A stretch of DNA of 63,910 nt, counting the filler, from Myxococcota bacterium (GTDB taxonomy: Bacteria > Myxococcota > Myxococcia > Myxococcales > Myxococcaceae), in NCBI GenBank assembly GCA_049322255.1. It is 18 parts of 18 records of this genome, joined end to end, with 100 filler letters (N's around TTAATTAATTAA, not from the genome) between each part and the next. Parts side by side here need not be neighbours in the genome. Positions count along the whole stretch, not along the records: positions 17,498 to 21,453 come from JBMORE010000014.1; positions 21,554 to 25,373 come from JBMORE010000016.1; positions 25,474 to 29,265 come from JBMORE010000017.1; positions 29,366 to 32,984 come from JBMORE010000024.1; 14 more parts are not named here. The stretch is one strand, 5' to 3'. Below the pieces are notes generated by a model, which searched no databases, was not told the origin of the DNA, and saw only the letters and a program-made list of their open reading frames with translations. The position numbers and the translations under genes are program-made. Positions 17,791 through 30,507 of the stretch are shown here, piece after piece. Every line of letters starts with the position of its first letter. The stretch's first letter is position 1.

Positions 17791-19878
17791 GTGGCGAAGG
17801 CTGGGAACAAAGTCGGGCTGTGGTGGCCAATCTTCGGCTCGTTTGCCTTCGCGCTGATAGGGGTGCTCTTCGGGCTCTACCTGGTGGTGCCCTGGGAGGC
17901 AGGCGCTTACCTGACCGAGACGCTGTACCAGCGGGGTAGGGCGGTGGCGAACGAGATCGATCGCAGCATCGCCGGCGCGTCGAAAGACCGCGAGCAGGCG
18001 GTGACGGCGGTGCTGGAGATGCAGCGGGTCACCCAGAGCGACCCCGACATCCGCTTCGCCGCGGTGGTGGTGTGCAAAAGCTCCGAGCGCTGCGACGCGG
18101 ACGACGTGCTCGCCACCACCGGTGCCGATCCGACGTTGGTGAGCAGCGCGCTGGAGAGGTTCAACGCCGCCGGGCGGCCGGTGAAGATGACACTCGACAG
18201 CGGAAATCTCCTCGTCGCCGACCCGACGAGCCAAGCGTTCGGCCCTTCCAGCGGCTGGGTGCTGGTGGCCTTGAGCCGCAAGACCATCGAGGAGGGCGAG
18301 GCCGCCGTGCGCAACACGGTGCTGATGGCGTTGGTGGTGGGGTGCTTGCTGTTCCTGCTCATGGTGGGGGTCATCTCGCGCGTCTTCGTCTTGCGACCGC
18401 TGCGCTCGATGTTGGCGATGGCCTCGCGCCTGTCCGAAGCCGATCTCTCCGGCCAGGTCGAGGGCTCGCGTACCCGTGAGATGTCGCGCCTGGCCGACGC
18501 GCTCAACGCCATCGCCGCTTCCTTGCGCGACACCGTGGGGAGGGTGCGGGGGGTGAGCGAGGGGCTGGTGCAGGTCATCGAGCAGATTTCCCGCACCGGG
18601 CACACCGTGTCCTCAGGCGCCAGCACCGTGCTCACCCGGGTGGAGGAAACCTCCTCCTCGATGGTGGAGATGATGGCCAGCTTGCGCGGCATCGCCGAGA
18701 ACGTCGAGGTGCTCTACCAGAGCGCCGAGGAGTCGAGCTCGTCGATCATGGAGATGGCCGCCACCAACGACGAAGTGGCCGAAAACGTGCAGGCGATGGC
18801 CGCTTCGGTGGAGGAGACCACCAGCGCCATCGAGGAGATGACCTACTCCATCAAAGAGGTCGCCAAGAACATCGAGGAGCTCTACGCCTCCACCGAGGAG
18901 ACCTCCTCCTCGATGAGCGAGATGGACGTCTCCATCGGCCAGGTGGAGACCAACGCCAACGAGACAGCGCGGCTCTCGGAGCAGGTCTCCAAAGACGCCG
19001 AGACCGGTGTGGAGGCGCTGCAGAAGACGCTCGCCGGCATCGACAAAATCAAGGCGTCGAGCCGCGAGGCTTCGAGCGTCATCGAGAGCCTGGGCAAGCG
19101 CATCTCCGAGATTGGCAACATCTTGAACGTCATCGACGACGTGGCCGAGCAGACCAACCTGCTCGCGCTCAACGCGGCGATCATCGCCGCCCAGGCAGGG
19201 GAGCACGGCAAAGGCTTCGCGGTGGTGGCCGAGGAGATCAAGGACCTCGCCGAGCGCACCGGCGCCTCGACGAAGGAGATCTCCGACCTCATTCGCAACG
19301 TGCAGGAGGAGTCGCGCAACGCCGTGGCGGCGATGAACCAGGGGGTGAAGAACGTCGACCAGGGCGTGCAGCTGGGGCACGAAGCGGAAGGGGCGCTGAA
19401 GAAGATTTTCGACTCCGCCAACAAGAGCACGATGATGGTCAAGGCGATCGCCCGAGCCACCGTGGAGCAAGCGCGGGGTTCGAAGCAGGTCACCGCGTCG
19501 ATTCAGCGCATCGCCGAGACGGTGCAGCAGATCTCCAAGGCCTCCAACGAGCAGGCCAAGGGGGGCGAGCAAATCATGAAGAGCGCCGAGAAGATGAAGC
19601 TCATCACCCAGCACGTGCAGCGTTCCTCGCAGGAGCAGGCGCACGGCTCGAAGCAAATCTCCCGCTCGATCGAGAGCATCAATGAGATGGTCACTCACTT
19701 GAATCGGGCCCAGAAGGAGCAGACCAAGGGGTCGGAGCAGGTCTTGAAGGCCGTGGAGGCGATCAAGACCGTCTCCGAGCACCAAGCGCGCTCGGTGAAG
19801 CTGCTCGAAGAAGCCATCGAGTCATTGCGGCAGCAGGCCGACGTGCTGCACTCCGAGGTGCGCCGCTTTCGGACCTGA
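17791..19878 (+). CDS. Methyl-accepting chemotaxis protein
   Basis: 2 TM segments, HAMP domain, hairpin tip IDDVAEQTNLLALNAAIIAAQAGEHGKGFAVVAEEIKDLAERT. Confidence 0.95.
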   Translation: MAKAGNKVGLWWPIFGSFAFALIGVLFGLYLVVPWEAGAYLTETLYQRGRAVANEIDRSIAGASKDREQAVTAVLEMQRVTQSDPDIRFAAVVVCKSSERCDADDVLATTGADPTLVSSALERFNAAGRPVKMTLDSGNLLVADPTSQAFGPSSGWVLVALSRKTIEEGEAAVRNTVLMALVVGCLLFLLMVGVISRVFVLRPLRSMLAMASRLSEADLSGQVEGSRTREMSRLADALNAIAASLRDTVGRVRGVSEGLVQVIEQISRTGHTVSSGASTVLTRVEETSSSMVEMMASLRGIAENVEVLYQSAEESSSSIMEMAATNDEVAENVQAMAASVEETTSAIEEMTYSIKEVAKNIEELYASTEETSSSMSEMDVSIGQVETNANETARLSEQVSKDAETGVEALQKTLAGIDKIKASSREASSVIESLGKRISEIGNILNVIDDVAEQTNLLALNAAIIAAQAGEHGKGFAVVAEEIKDLAERTGASTKEISDLIRNVQEESRNAVAAMNQGVKNVDQGVQLGHEAEGALKKIFDSANKSTMMVKAIARATVEQARGSKQVTASIQRIAETVQQISKASNEQAKGGEQIMKSAEKMKLITQHVQRSSQEQAHGSKQISRSIESINEMVTHLNRAQKEQTKGSEQVLKAVEAIKTVSEHQARSVKLLEEAIESLRQQADVLHSEVRRFRT

Positions 19879-19904
19879 AGCGGGCTTGCTACATCTGCCA
19901 AAGC

Positions 19905-21176
19905 TTGGCCGCCACCTCGCCACCTTCCCGCTCCGAGCGGGCCACCGTGCTCCTCATCGCCGGAGTGCAGTTCGTCAACATCCTCGACTTCATGATGGTG
20001 ATGCCCCTGGGCCCGGACTTCGCGCTGGCCTTGGGTATTCCCCAGTCGCGGCTGGGGCTCATCGGAGGCAGCTACACGGCGGCGGCAGCGCTGTCGGGCG
20101 TCATCGGCTCGCTCTTTTTCGATCGGTTCGACCGCAAGCGGGCCCTCACGTTGACGTTGCTGGGCCTGGTGGTGGGCACCACCGCTGGAGGCTTTGCCCA
20201 GGGGCTCGTCTCTCTGCTCGCGGCGCGGCTGTTCGCCGGCTTCTTCGGTGGCCCGGCCACTTCGCTGTCGATGGCGATCATCGCCGACCTCGTTCCATCC
20301 GAGCGCCGGGGCAGGGCGATGGGGGCGGTGATGACCGCCTTCTCGGTGGCCTCCGTTCTGGGAGTGCCCGCGGGGCTTTTCCTCGCCGAGCTTTCTTCCT
20401 GGCGCATGCCCTTCTTCGCGGTGGCGAGCCTGGGTTTGGTGATGGCAGTGCTGGCAGCCAGGCTCTTGCCGCCGCTTCGAAGCCACCTCCACGGGCACGC
20501 CGACGTCGGCGAAGTGGCCAGCTTGTGGCGGCCGCTGGTGCTCGCGTCCTTCTCGATGACCGCGGTGGTGATGATGGCGGGGTTCATCGTCATTCCCAAC
20601 ATCTCCGCCTTCGTGCAAAGCAACCTGGGCTACCCGCGCGAGGACTTGAAGTGGCTCTACTTCGCCGGGGGGGTGTTCAGCTTTGCCTCGCTGCGCGTTG
20701 CCGGTCAGCTCGTCGACCGCGCCGGCTCGACGTTGGTGGGTCTTTTTTCCAGCGTGCTTCTCGTGGCCGTGATGTTCGTCTTCTTTTATCGGCCTTCGGG
20801 CCTGCCGGTGATGTTCCTGTTCACGCTCTTCATGGTGTCGATGAGCTCGCGCAACGTCGCGTACAACACGCTCACCTCCAAGGTGCCCGGGCCGCGCGAG
20901 CGTGCGCGGTTCCAGTCGCTACAGTCGGCCACCCAGCACCTCGCCTCGGCGACGGGTGCTTTCTTCTCCGCCCAGCTTCTCCGCGAGGTGCCCAAGCTGG
21001 GAAGCTCCGGTGAGGCGCTCGTGGGGACTTCGGGCAAAGTGCTCACCGAGCTTTCGGGGATGAAGACGGTCGCGCTGGTGTCGATGGCGCTCTCTGTCGT
21101 GGTGCCAATGCTCCTGGGGTGGGTGGAAGCGGGGGTCAAAAAAGAACACGCCGAAACCTTCGGGCTTCCGGGTTGA
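19905..21176 (+). CDS. MFS transporter
   Basis: Motif A (DRFDRKR); about 12 TM segments; ERRGRAMG. Confidence 0.9.
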   Translation: MAATSPPSRSERATVLLIAGVQFVNILDFMMVMPLGPDFALALGIPQSRLGLIGGSYTAAAALSGVIGSLFFDRFDRKRALTLTLLGLVVGTTAGGFAQGLVSLLAARLFAGFFGGPATSLSMAIIADLVPSERRGRAMGAVMTAFSVASVLGVPAGLFLAELSSWRMPFFAVASLGLVMAVLAARLLPPLRSHLHGHADVGEVASLWRPLVLASFSMTAVVMMAGFIVIPNISAFVQSNLGYPREDLKWLYFAGGVFSFASLRVAGQLVDRAGSTLVGLFSSVLLVAVMFVFFYRPSGLPVMFLFTLFMVSMSSRNVAYNTLTSKVPGPRERARFQSLQSATQHLASATGAFFSAQLLREVPKLGSSGEALVGTSGKVLTELSGMKTVALVSMALSVVVPMLLGWVEAGVKKEHAETFGLPG

Positions 21177-21212
21177 TCGAGCTGACGGGGGTGAACTACA
21201 CCGGTCGGCATC

Positions 21213-21453
21213 ATGCGTACCCTGGTTGCCCTCGTCCCTGTCCTGGTTCTCTCCTACGCTCCTTCGGCCCTCGCTCAAGAGGAGATTCCCGATGTCGCCA
21301 CGCCCCCATCGGCCGTTGGCAGCGAGGAGGGAGAGGGCGTGCGGGGCGCCCGTCGCCCCATCACCAAGAAGGACCGCGACGATGCGCTCAAGGCGGAGGA
21401 GGAGCGCAAGAAGGCGGAGGCCGAAGCCAAGGCCAAGGCCGAGGCGGAAGCGA
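21213..21453 (+). CDS. Secreted hypothetical protein, 3'-truncated in an Ala/Glu/Lys-rich region
   Basis: Signal peptide MRTLVALVPVLVLSYAPSALA; EAEAKAKAEAEA at the contig end. Confidence 0.6.
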
Positions 21454-21553
21454 NNNNNNNNNNNNNNNNNNNNNNNNNNNNNNNNNNNNNNNNNNNNTTA
21501 ATTAATTAANNNNNNNNNNNNNNNNNNNNNNNNNNNNNNNNNNNNNNNNNNNN

Positions 21554-22152
21554 GGCTTGGTCGGTTTCACCAGCGGCTCGTCGTTCGGCTGCCGGGGCGC
21601 ATTCAAGGCGAACGCGATCTTCCCTTCTCCCCGCACCTGCATGACGACGATTTCCTCGAGCTTTTGTCCGTCCGCGGTTTGGGCTTGCACGGTGTGCCGG
21701 CCGACGGGAATCTCGATCTTCACCGGCGCCGATCCGATGGGCCGGCCGTCGAGGAACAGCTCGACCTCAGGCTGATTGGCGGTCACCGTGAGGGCCCCCG
21801 CCAGCTGCTGGCGCACCTTGTCGAAAAGGTGGAGCACCTCCGGGCCGGTCTTGTTGGGATCGGGCACGATGGTGGGGTCTGACTCCAGCGCCTTGGTCAT
21901 CGAGCCCATGGCGCGCTCCTCGTCTTGGAGCGCGAGGCGGCACTGCGCGGAGAGCAGGTGCAGGCGGGCCCTATCCCCGGCCGGTGCCTTGGCCACCGCC
22001 TGGTCGAGGAGTGTCAGGGCACGCTCGAACTCTCCTTCGGCCATCGCCTTTTGGGCGGCAGCCTCGGCGTTCTCGGCGCGGGCGCGCGCTTTGCCTTTGG
22101 CGAAAACCGGCGTGGACAGCAGTGCCACCACCACGAGGAGGGTCCATTTCAT
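21554..22152 (-). CDS. TPR + PEGA-domain secreted protein (3'-truncated)
   Basis: Signal peptide MKWTLLVVVALLSTPVFA; TPR-like helices; ELFLDGRPIGSAP...VGRHTV. Confidence 0.75.
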
Positions 22153-22203
22153 TGGCTCGATGCTACTCGGAAATGCACCGGCACCGTATAGTCGAGGGTC
22201 ACA

Positions 22204-23865
22204 ATGAGCACCGGAGAGGTCTGCCCATCCTGCGAAGCGCCGATGTCCGAACAGGATCTCGAGTGCGCCTCCTGCGGGGTGCCTCGAATGCTCGACCGCA
22301 CCGTCGTCAAGCATGTGCGGGAGGTGCTCGACGGCAAGTGGCTCATCGAGGGGCAGCTGGGCAAGGGAGGAATGGGCGTCGTCTTCCTCGCGACCGACAT
22401 CGCGCTGGACCGGAAAGTCGCCATTAAGGCGCTCGCGCCTTCCCTATGCCAAGACACGGAAGTGGTCGCGCGCTTCGAGCGCGAGGCGAAGATGATGGCC
22501 AAGCTCGAGCACCCCAACCTGGTGCCCATCTATGCCGTGGGCAAGAAGGAGGGGGTGCCCTTCCTCGTGATGAAGTACCTCGAAGGACAGAACCTGGGAG
22601 ACCACCTGCGCGAAAAGGGCAAGCTCGATCTCGACGAGGTCGTGGCCATCATGCGGCAGACGTGCGCGGGCCTGGGCTTTGTCCATGAGCAGGGCTTCAT
22701 TCATCGCGACATCAAGCCGGCCAATCTTTTTTTGAGCCCAGAAGGACGCGTGACGCTGCTCGACCTCGGGGTGGCGCATGACCCCAAGAGCATGATGACC
22801 CGTTCGGGGCTGCTCATCGGCACCCCCCGGTACATGTCGCCCGAGCAAATTCTCGGCGTCAAAGTCGACCGCCGCGCCGATCTCTACGCGCTGGGAACGG
22901 TGCTCTACGAGATGGTGACCGGGGTCGCCGTCTTCGATGGCGAGAGCGACTTTTCGGTGATGCGCGCGCACACCGACCTGCCCCCGCCCGATCCTTCGAA
23001 GTTCGCCGACATGTCTCGTGAGGTGGCCGACGTCATTCAGACGGCGTTGGCCAAGAAGCCGGAGGAGCGTTTTCAGACTGCGGGCGAGCTCTTCGACGCG
23101 CTCGAGGCCGCGGTGGCCGGGCAGAGAAACAAATCGAAGGGCCCCAGACCAGCTGCCACCAAGCTCGCCCCGCTCAGCGTCTCCGTTCCCTCGACCGTCA
23201 TGCTCCGGGAGCAGAAGGCAACGCCCTCTCCCAAGCGACGTGCGCCGGTTCGAGAGGTGCCCAGTACCCAGCAGTTGGTGGTGGAGGTGCAGCGGTCCTC
23301 CTCGAGGTGGCCGCTCCTTCTGGGGCTGGGGGGGCTGCTTGCCGCGGGAGGTGTCGCCTGGCTGTTCTTCCGACCGGGCGAGGAGCAGCCCAAACCGATG
23401 GAGGCACCGCCGCGGGTGGAGCGCCCGGTGAAACCTCCACCGTCCTTGCCTCCCCCCGAGCCCGTGCCAGAAGTCAAACCCCCTCCCGACGTCATCGTCG
23501 CCGCGCCTCCGGTAGAGCCGCCCCCTCCCGTCAAGCCTCCTCCCGAGGAGAAAGACCCGCAGGAGCCGCGGGAAAAAACGGATAGGCCGGGGTCGATTCG
23601 GCGTCCCAAAAGTGACTCGGCGACGAAGGTGAGCATCAAAGCTCGACCGGCGGAGCTGAGGGTGGTGGTCTTGCAGGACGACGGCCCCTCCTGGGCTTGG
23701 CTCGACGTCGACGGCATTCGCAAAGGCACCACGCCCAAGACGCTTCAGCTCGAGCCCGGCGAGCACACCATTCGTCTCGAGCGGCCGGGGTTTCAAACCA
23801 TCACTCGAGTGGTTTCGCTCAAGGCCGGGGAAAATCGTACGCTCAAAGAATCGCTCGAGCAGTAG
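22204..23865 (+). CDS. Hanks-type Ser/Thr kinase with N-terminal zinc ribbon, TM, Pro-rich linker and PEGA domain
   Basis: CPSC...CASC; GKGGMG; VAIK; HRDIKPAN; DLG; GTPRYMSPEQ; C-terminal PEGA. Confidence 0.95.
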   Translation: MSTGEVCPSCEAPMSEQDLECASCGVPRMLDRTVVKHVREVLDGKWLIEGQLGKGGMGVVFLATDIALDRKVAIKALAPSLCQDTEVVARFEREAKMMAKLEHPNLVPIYAVGKKEGVPFLVMKYLEGQNLGDHLREKGKLDLDEVVAIMRQTCAGLGFVHEQGFIHRDIKPANLFLSPEGRVTLLDLGVAHDPKSMMTRSGLLIGTPRYMSPEQILGVKVDRRADLYALGTVLYEMVTGVAVFDGESDFSVMRAHTDLPPPDPSKFADMSREVADVIQTALAKKPEERFQTAGELFDALEAAVAGQRNKSKGPRPAATKLAPLSVSVPSTVMLREQKATPSPKRRAPVREVPSTQQLVVEVQRSSSRWPLLLGLGGLLAAGGVAWLFFRPGEEQPKPMEAPPRVERPVKPPPSLPPPEPVPEVKPPPDVIVAAPPVEPPPPVKPPPEEKDPQEPREKTDRPGSIRRPKSDSATKVSIKARPAELRVVVLQDDGPSWAWLDVDGIRKGTTPKTLQLEPGEHTIRLERPGFQTITRVVSLKAGENRTLKESLEQ

Positions 23866-23879
23866 GGGTCGAACCTCTG

Positions 23880-25373
23880 ATGGACCGTCGAATTTTGGCT
23901 GCTGGGTGGGTGCTCCTCGCGGCGCTGGCCGCTTGCGAAAACTTCCAGAAGCTCCGGGAGGAGTACTGCGCGACGACGGGGGCGACGACCGACGCATGCG
24001 TCAGGGACACCGATCCGCCTCTGCCGCCGGTGTTGGTGGCGCCTGCCTCTCCGGCGAACGACAACAACCCTTCGGTGACCGGCACCGCCGAGGCCGGGTC
24101 GACGATTCGCCTCTACGCGAGCGCCGATTGCGCAGGCGAGGTGTCCGGAACCGGGGTGGTGACGCCCTCGGGGGCTTTCGCGGTGGCTGTCACCGTGGGC
24201 GATGACACCACCACGAGCTTCTCGGCCACGGCGACGGACGCCGCCGGCAACGTGTCGGGTTGTTCTGCCAGCGTCACCTATGTGGAGGACAGCACGCCGC
24301 CCGTGGTGCCGGCATTGGCAGGTTCGGTGCCCATGCCTCCGGCGAACGACAACAACCCGAGCATCTTCGGGACGGCGGAGCCCGGTTCGACCATTCGGTT
24401 GTACACCGACTGCGCGGGTGCGGAGGCGGTCAGCGGCTCGGTGGACCCCGATGGCTCGTTCAGCATCGTCGTCAGCGTCGGCGACAACACCACGACCACC
24501 TTCTTCGCGCGGGCGGAGGACGCAGCGGGCAATCGCTCCGAGTGCTCCCAGGGCTTCGTCTACGTGGAGAACAGCCAGCTGCCGGTGGCGCCGCAGTTGA
24601 CAGGAACGTCTCCCGCCTCCCCGGCGAACGAAAACAACCCGTCGGTCGCGGGAACCGCCGAGGCGGGAACCACCGTTCGCCTCTACACCACGTCGAATTG
24701 CTCGGGGGCCGTCGCGGGGATGGGGAACGTCGATGGAGCGGGAGCGTTCAGCATCTCCGTGAGCGTGGCCGACAACTCCAGCACCACCTTCTACGCCACG
24801 GCGACCAACACGCTGAGCCTCACCTCCGCCTGCTCCACCGGGCTTCTCTACGTGGAGGACAGTCAACCGCCGGTGTTGACGGTGTCGGGAACCGTTCCCG
24901 CCTCCCCCGCCAACAGCAACAACCCCAGCGTGACGGGGATGACGGAAGGGGCCGCGACGGTCCGGGTCTTCACCAACAACAATTGTGGTGGGGCCGCCGT
25001 GGGGGTCGCGGTCGCCGCCGCCAGCGGAGAGTTCTTCGTTCCGGTGAGCGTGGGCGACAACAGCAGCACGAGCTTTTACGGCCAGGCGGAGGACGCCGCC
25101 GGCAACCGCTCGAGCTGCACGGGCCCCGTCACCTACGCGGAGGACAGCATTCCGCCCTCGGCCACCGGAGCTTCGGTGAGCGATGGCGTGGCGCCGGCGG
25201 AAATCGACTATCAGCAGACCGTCGCGACGGTGGATGCATACTGGTCGGGCTTCACCAATGGCGTGGCTGCGTACGAGTACAACCTGAGCACCTCGACGGG
25301 TTGCGCAGGCGAAGCCATCGCGACGATGAACGTTGGAAACGTCATTGCGAAATCCACCTCCGGGCTGACGCTC
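23880..25373 (+). CDS. Lipoprotein with 4 tandem Ig-like repeats (3'-truncated)
   Basis: Lipobox LAAC; four ~96-aa repeats 'PAN.NNPSV.GTAE.G.T.RLY...C.G...DAAGN.S.CS...YVED'. Confidence 0.8.
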
Positions 25374-25473
25374 NNNNNNNNNNNNNNNNNNNNNNNNNNN
25401 NNNNNNNNNNNNNNNNNTTAATTAATTAANNNNNNNNNNNNNNNNNNNNNNNNNNNNNNNNNNNNNNNNNNNN

Positions 25474-27853
<2,380 letters not shown>

Positions 27854-27854
<1 letters not shown>

Positions 27855-28444
27855 TGGCGGAAGTCCTGGTGATGTGCTCGCAGTGCGGCCGGCCGCAGCT
27901 CGCCGCGAAAAAAACGTGCGCCGGCTGTGGAGCACAACTTCCCCAGACGCCGGAAATGCCGCAGCTGCCTTCGCCGCGCGACAAGCTGCTTGACGCCTTT
28001 CAGCCTTTTCTCGAGCTCTCCTTGGGCGGCGGGCGCCGGCTGCTCCTGTCGGACAGGCGGCTGGAGTGGTACCCGCCGAGCGGAAAGGGGCTGTCCTTCG
28101 AGTTGGGGAACGTACGCCAGGTGCGCTTCCGGCAGCGGCCGGCGTTCGAGGCGCTCCTCTTCGCGGGGGCGTTCGCCGTAGGTGCCGCGATGGTCCCCTG
28201 GCTCTTCGTGCAGTTGGTCTTCGGTGGCCTGGCCGGTGTCGCAGCCATCGCCTGTCTCACCCAGAAGCACTACGCGCTGGTGGTGCATGCCGGTGGGGGA
28301 AGACGCACGCTGCTCTTGGGCATCGGTGCGGCCAGCTCGCCCATCGCCCAGCGGGCCCTGAGCGTGTGGGAGTCCTTGCGGTTGGAGCTGGAGCGGCTGC
28401 GCGTCACCTGCGAGCCTTCGACGCCGGAAAAGGGCAAGCAGTGA
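27854..28444 (+). CDS. Zinc-ribbon + 2-TM hypothetical protein
   Basis: Starts at the TGATG overlap with leuS; CSQC...CAGC; two hydrophobic segments; stop overlaps the lptE start. Confidence 0.65.
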
Positions 28445-28923
28445 GGCGCTTCGCCGCCGTCGGCGTGCTCTGGCTCCTGGCGGGGTGCGGCTACCGCTTC
28501 GGCGGCGGCGTGCTGCCCGGCGGAGGCCGCGAGGTGTTTGCCCCGGTGTTCGTCAACCACACCTCGGAGCCCGGCCTGGAGACGCTTTTCACCGAGGCGT
28601 TTCGTCAGCAACTGGGCCGCGCGGGCATCGACGGCGGCGAAGGCAGCTCCACCCGGGTGGAGGGCGAGGTGATGGCGACCTTTGGCGCGCCCACCATTCT
28701 CACCACCGATGGGCGGCTGGCCAGCTACCGGGTGCACGCCACGGTGCGCCTGCGCTTGGTGAAGGCGCAAGACGTGCTCGCGCAGACCGAGGTGTCAGGC
28801 TCGGAGGACTACCTACCGGGCGCCGACGTGCTCGCGTCGGAGAGCAACCGACAAGCGGCCTTGCGCCGGCTCGCCGAGTCGTTGATGCGCGATGGATATG
28901 AGAACTTGGCCGCGAGCTGGTAA
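28441..28923 (+). CDS. lptE: LPS assembly lipoprotein LptE
   Basis: Lipobox LAGCGY; FVNHTSEPGLE; position downstream of leuS. Confidence 0.8.
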   Translation: MRRFAAVGVLWLLAGCGYRFGGGVLPGGGREVFAPVFVNHTSEPGLETLFTEAFRQQLGRAGIDGGEGSSTRVEGEVMATFGAPTILTTDGRLASYRVHATVRLRLVKAQDVLAQTEVSGSEDYLPGADVLASESNRQAALRRLAESLMRDGYENLAASW

Positions 28924-29190
28924 CTACTTACTCAGCCCGCCCAGCGACTTCGCCAGCCGGGCAATGCGGCGGGAGGCGTTCTTGGCGTGGAGCACGCCCT
29001 TGGAGGCGGCCTTGGAGATGGTCGCTTCGGCAGCGCGGAAGGCCTCGCGGGCCTTGTTCAGGTCTTTGGTGGCGATGGCCTCGCGCGCCTTCTTGATCGC
29101 CCCTTTGACGCTGGTGCGGACGGCGGTGTTGCGCGCGCGGCGCTTCTGCGCCTGACGGTTGCGCTTCTCGGCGGAACGGGTATTGGCCAC
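28924..29190 (-). CDS. rpsT: 30S ribosomal protein S20
   Basis: MANTRSAEKRNRQ...KGVLHAKNASRRIARL. Confidence 0.98.
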   Translation of the reverse strand: MANTRSAEKRNRQAQKRRARNTAVRTSVKGAIKKAREAIATKDLNKAREAFRAAEATISKAASKGVLHAKNASRRIARLAKSLGGLSK

Positions 29191-29365
29191 TGCGGTGGGC
29201 TCCTTGAAGAACTCGAGGCGCGCGTACCTACTTGGCCCGCCCGTTCACGTCAAGCTGTTGCGCCCNNNNNNNNNNNNNNNNNNNNNNNNNNNNNNNNNNN
29301 NNNNNNNNNTTAATTAATTAANNNNNNNNNNNNNNNNNNNNNNNNNNNNNNNNNNNNNNNNNNNN

Positions 29366-29439
29366 TGAGCTCCCACGCCAAGCCGCGTTTGCTCAGCTCG
29401 GCGCTGTAGATGGAATCTGCCCGCATGAGGCGAGACACC
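29366..29439 (-). repeat. 74-bp direct-repeat copy of the 3' part of the ClC gene (30624-30697)
   Basis: 70/74 identical; 3 synonymous changes and 1 Thr>Ala; reads VSRLMRADSIYSAELSKRGLAWEL; extends to the contig edge. Confidence 0.9.
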
Positions 29440-29498
29440 GCGGAGCTGACTTGGGGGCCGGACTGAGCGCAACGACTTGCCGTTGAGCTTCCAAGTGC

Positions 29499-29513
29499 GT
29501 AGCATTTTGCTAC
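29499..29513. promoter_or_regulatory. Palindromic operator upstream of the TA operon
   Basis: GTAGCA-TTT-TGCTAC perfect inverted repeat 12 nt before the antitoxin ATG. Confidence 0.55.
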
Positions 29514-29525
29514 AGGGGTGGCTCG

Positions 29526-29906
29526 ATGGGTCTACCACTACGAATTGACGACGAGTTGGTGCTCCGCGCCCGGCTGGAGGCTGAGAGTACGGACAGGTCC
29601 GTCACCGGCCAGCTCGAGCACTGGGTGAAGCTCGGGCTCGCCCTGGAGGACATTCTCGGTCACAGGCAGGCGATCGAGCTCAAGCGGCGTGGAGCGAGCG
29701 TGCCCCTGGCTGAGGCGCTGGCGAAGGCGGGAACGACCCACGGCCAAGAGCTGACGCTCCGCCACCTGGAGAGCACCAGGCAGCTGCGCTACGGAGTCGA
29801 TCCAGAGCATCCCGGAATGCTCGTCCGAGTAGCCCCCGACGGAAAGCGGACCCGCGGGCGCTTCGTCAATCGGGTGTTCGTGCCCATGGAGCCCGAGCCT
29901 GGCTGA
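29526..29906 (+). CDS. ParD-like (RHH) antitoxin
   Basis: LRIDDELV..AR.EA....RSVTGQLEHWVKLG motif; C-terminal DG.RTRGRF. Confidence 0.75.
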   Translation: MGLPLRIDDELVLRARLEAESTDRSVTGQLEHWVKLGLALEDILGHRQAIELKRRGASVPLAEALAKAGTTHGQELTLRHLESTRQLRYGVDPEHPGMLVRVAPDGKRTRGRFVNRVFVPMEPEPG

Positions 29907-29925
29907 CTCTGGACCGCCCGCGCTG

Positions 29926-30486
29926 GTGGTGCTCGCCGGTCCGAACGGAGCCGGAAAGTCGACCTTCTTCGATCTTCATCTGCGAAGAACCGGCCTCCTC
30001 TTCGTCAACGCCGATTTGATCGCCCGAGCCATCTCTCCCGAGGATCCGCTGGGCTCTTCTTACGTCGCAGCCAAGGCGGCAGACCTCGAGCGCCGGGCGC
30101 TGCTCGAACGCAGGGACAGCTTCTGCATGGAGACGGTGTTCTCCGACCCCTCGGGCAGCAAGCTCGACTTTCTCAAGCAGGCACAGACTACCGGTTACCG
30201 TGTCCTGCTCCTTTTTATCGGCCTCGCATCGCCGGAGCTTTGCCAAGCACGAATTTCTCAACGAGTTGCCCTGGGTGGGCACGACGTGCCCGATGAGAAG
30301 GTGGCTGCGCGTTACCCACGAACCTTGCAGAACCTGCGGGCGGCATTGGCCTTCGTGGAAGAAGCGTACCTCTACGACAACAGCGAGCTCGATCGACCGT
30401 TCCGGTTGGTGGCACGCACGCGGGGCCACACGGTCATCGAGCAACACCCTCCTTTGCCCGATTGGGCCGCCGATGCGCTGCGATGA
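29926..30486 (+). CDS. Zeta-toxin-like P-loop ATPase/kinase (COG4185-type)
   Basis: VLAGPNGAGKST; NADLIA; ETVFS; RVALGGHDVP; YDNS. Confidence 0.85.
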   Translation: MVLAGPNGAGKSTFFDLHLRRTGLLFVNADLIARAISPEDPLGSSYVAAKAADLERRALLERRDSFCMETVFSDPSGSKLDFLKQAQTTGYRVLLLFIGLASPELCQARISQRVALGGHDVPDEKVAARYPRTLQNLRAALAFVEEAYLYDNSELDRPFRLVARTRGHTVIEQHPPLPDWAADALR

Positions 30487-30507
30487 GTGGTTCGGCGGGC
30501 TTCGAAC

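Noticed and set aside
23880..25373. Four ~290-bp repeats as a DGR template/variable-repeat pair
   Set aside because: They are diverged in-frame Ig-like protein repeats with no adenine-specific mismatch pattern and no RT nearby.
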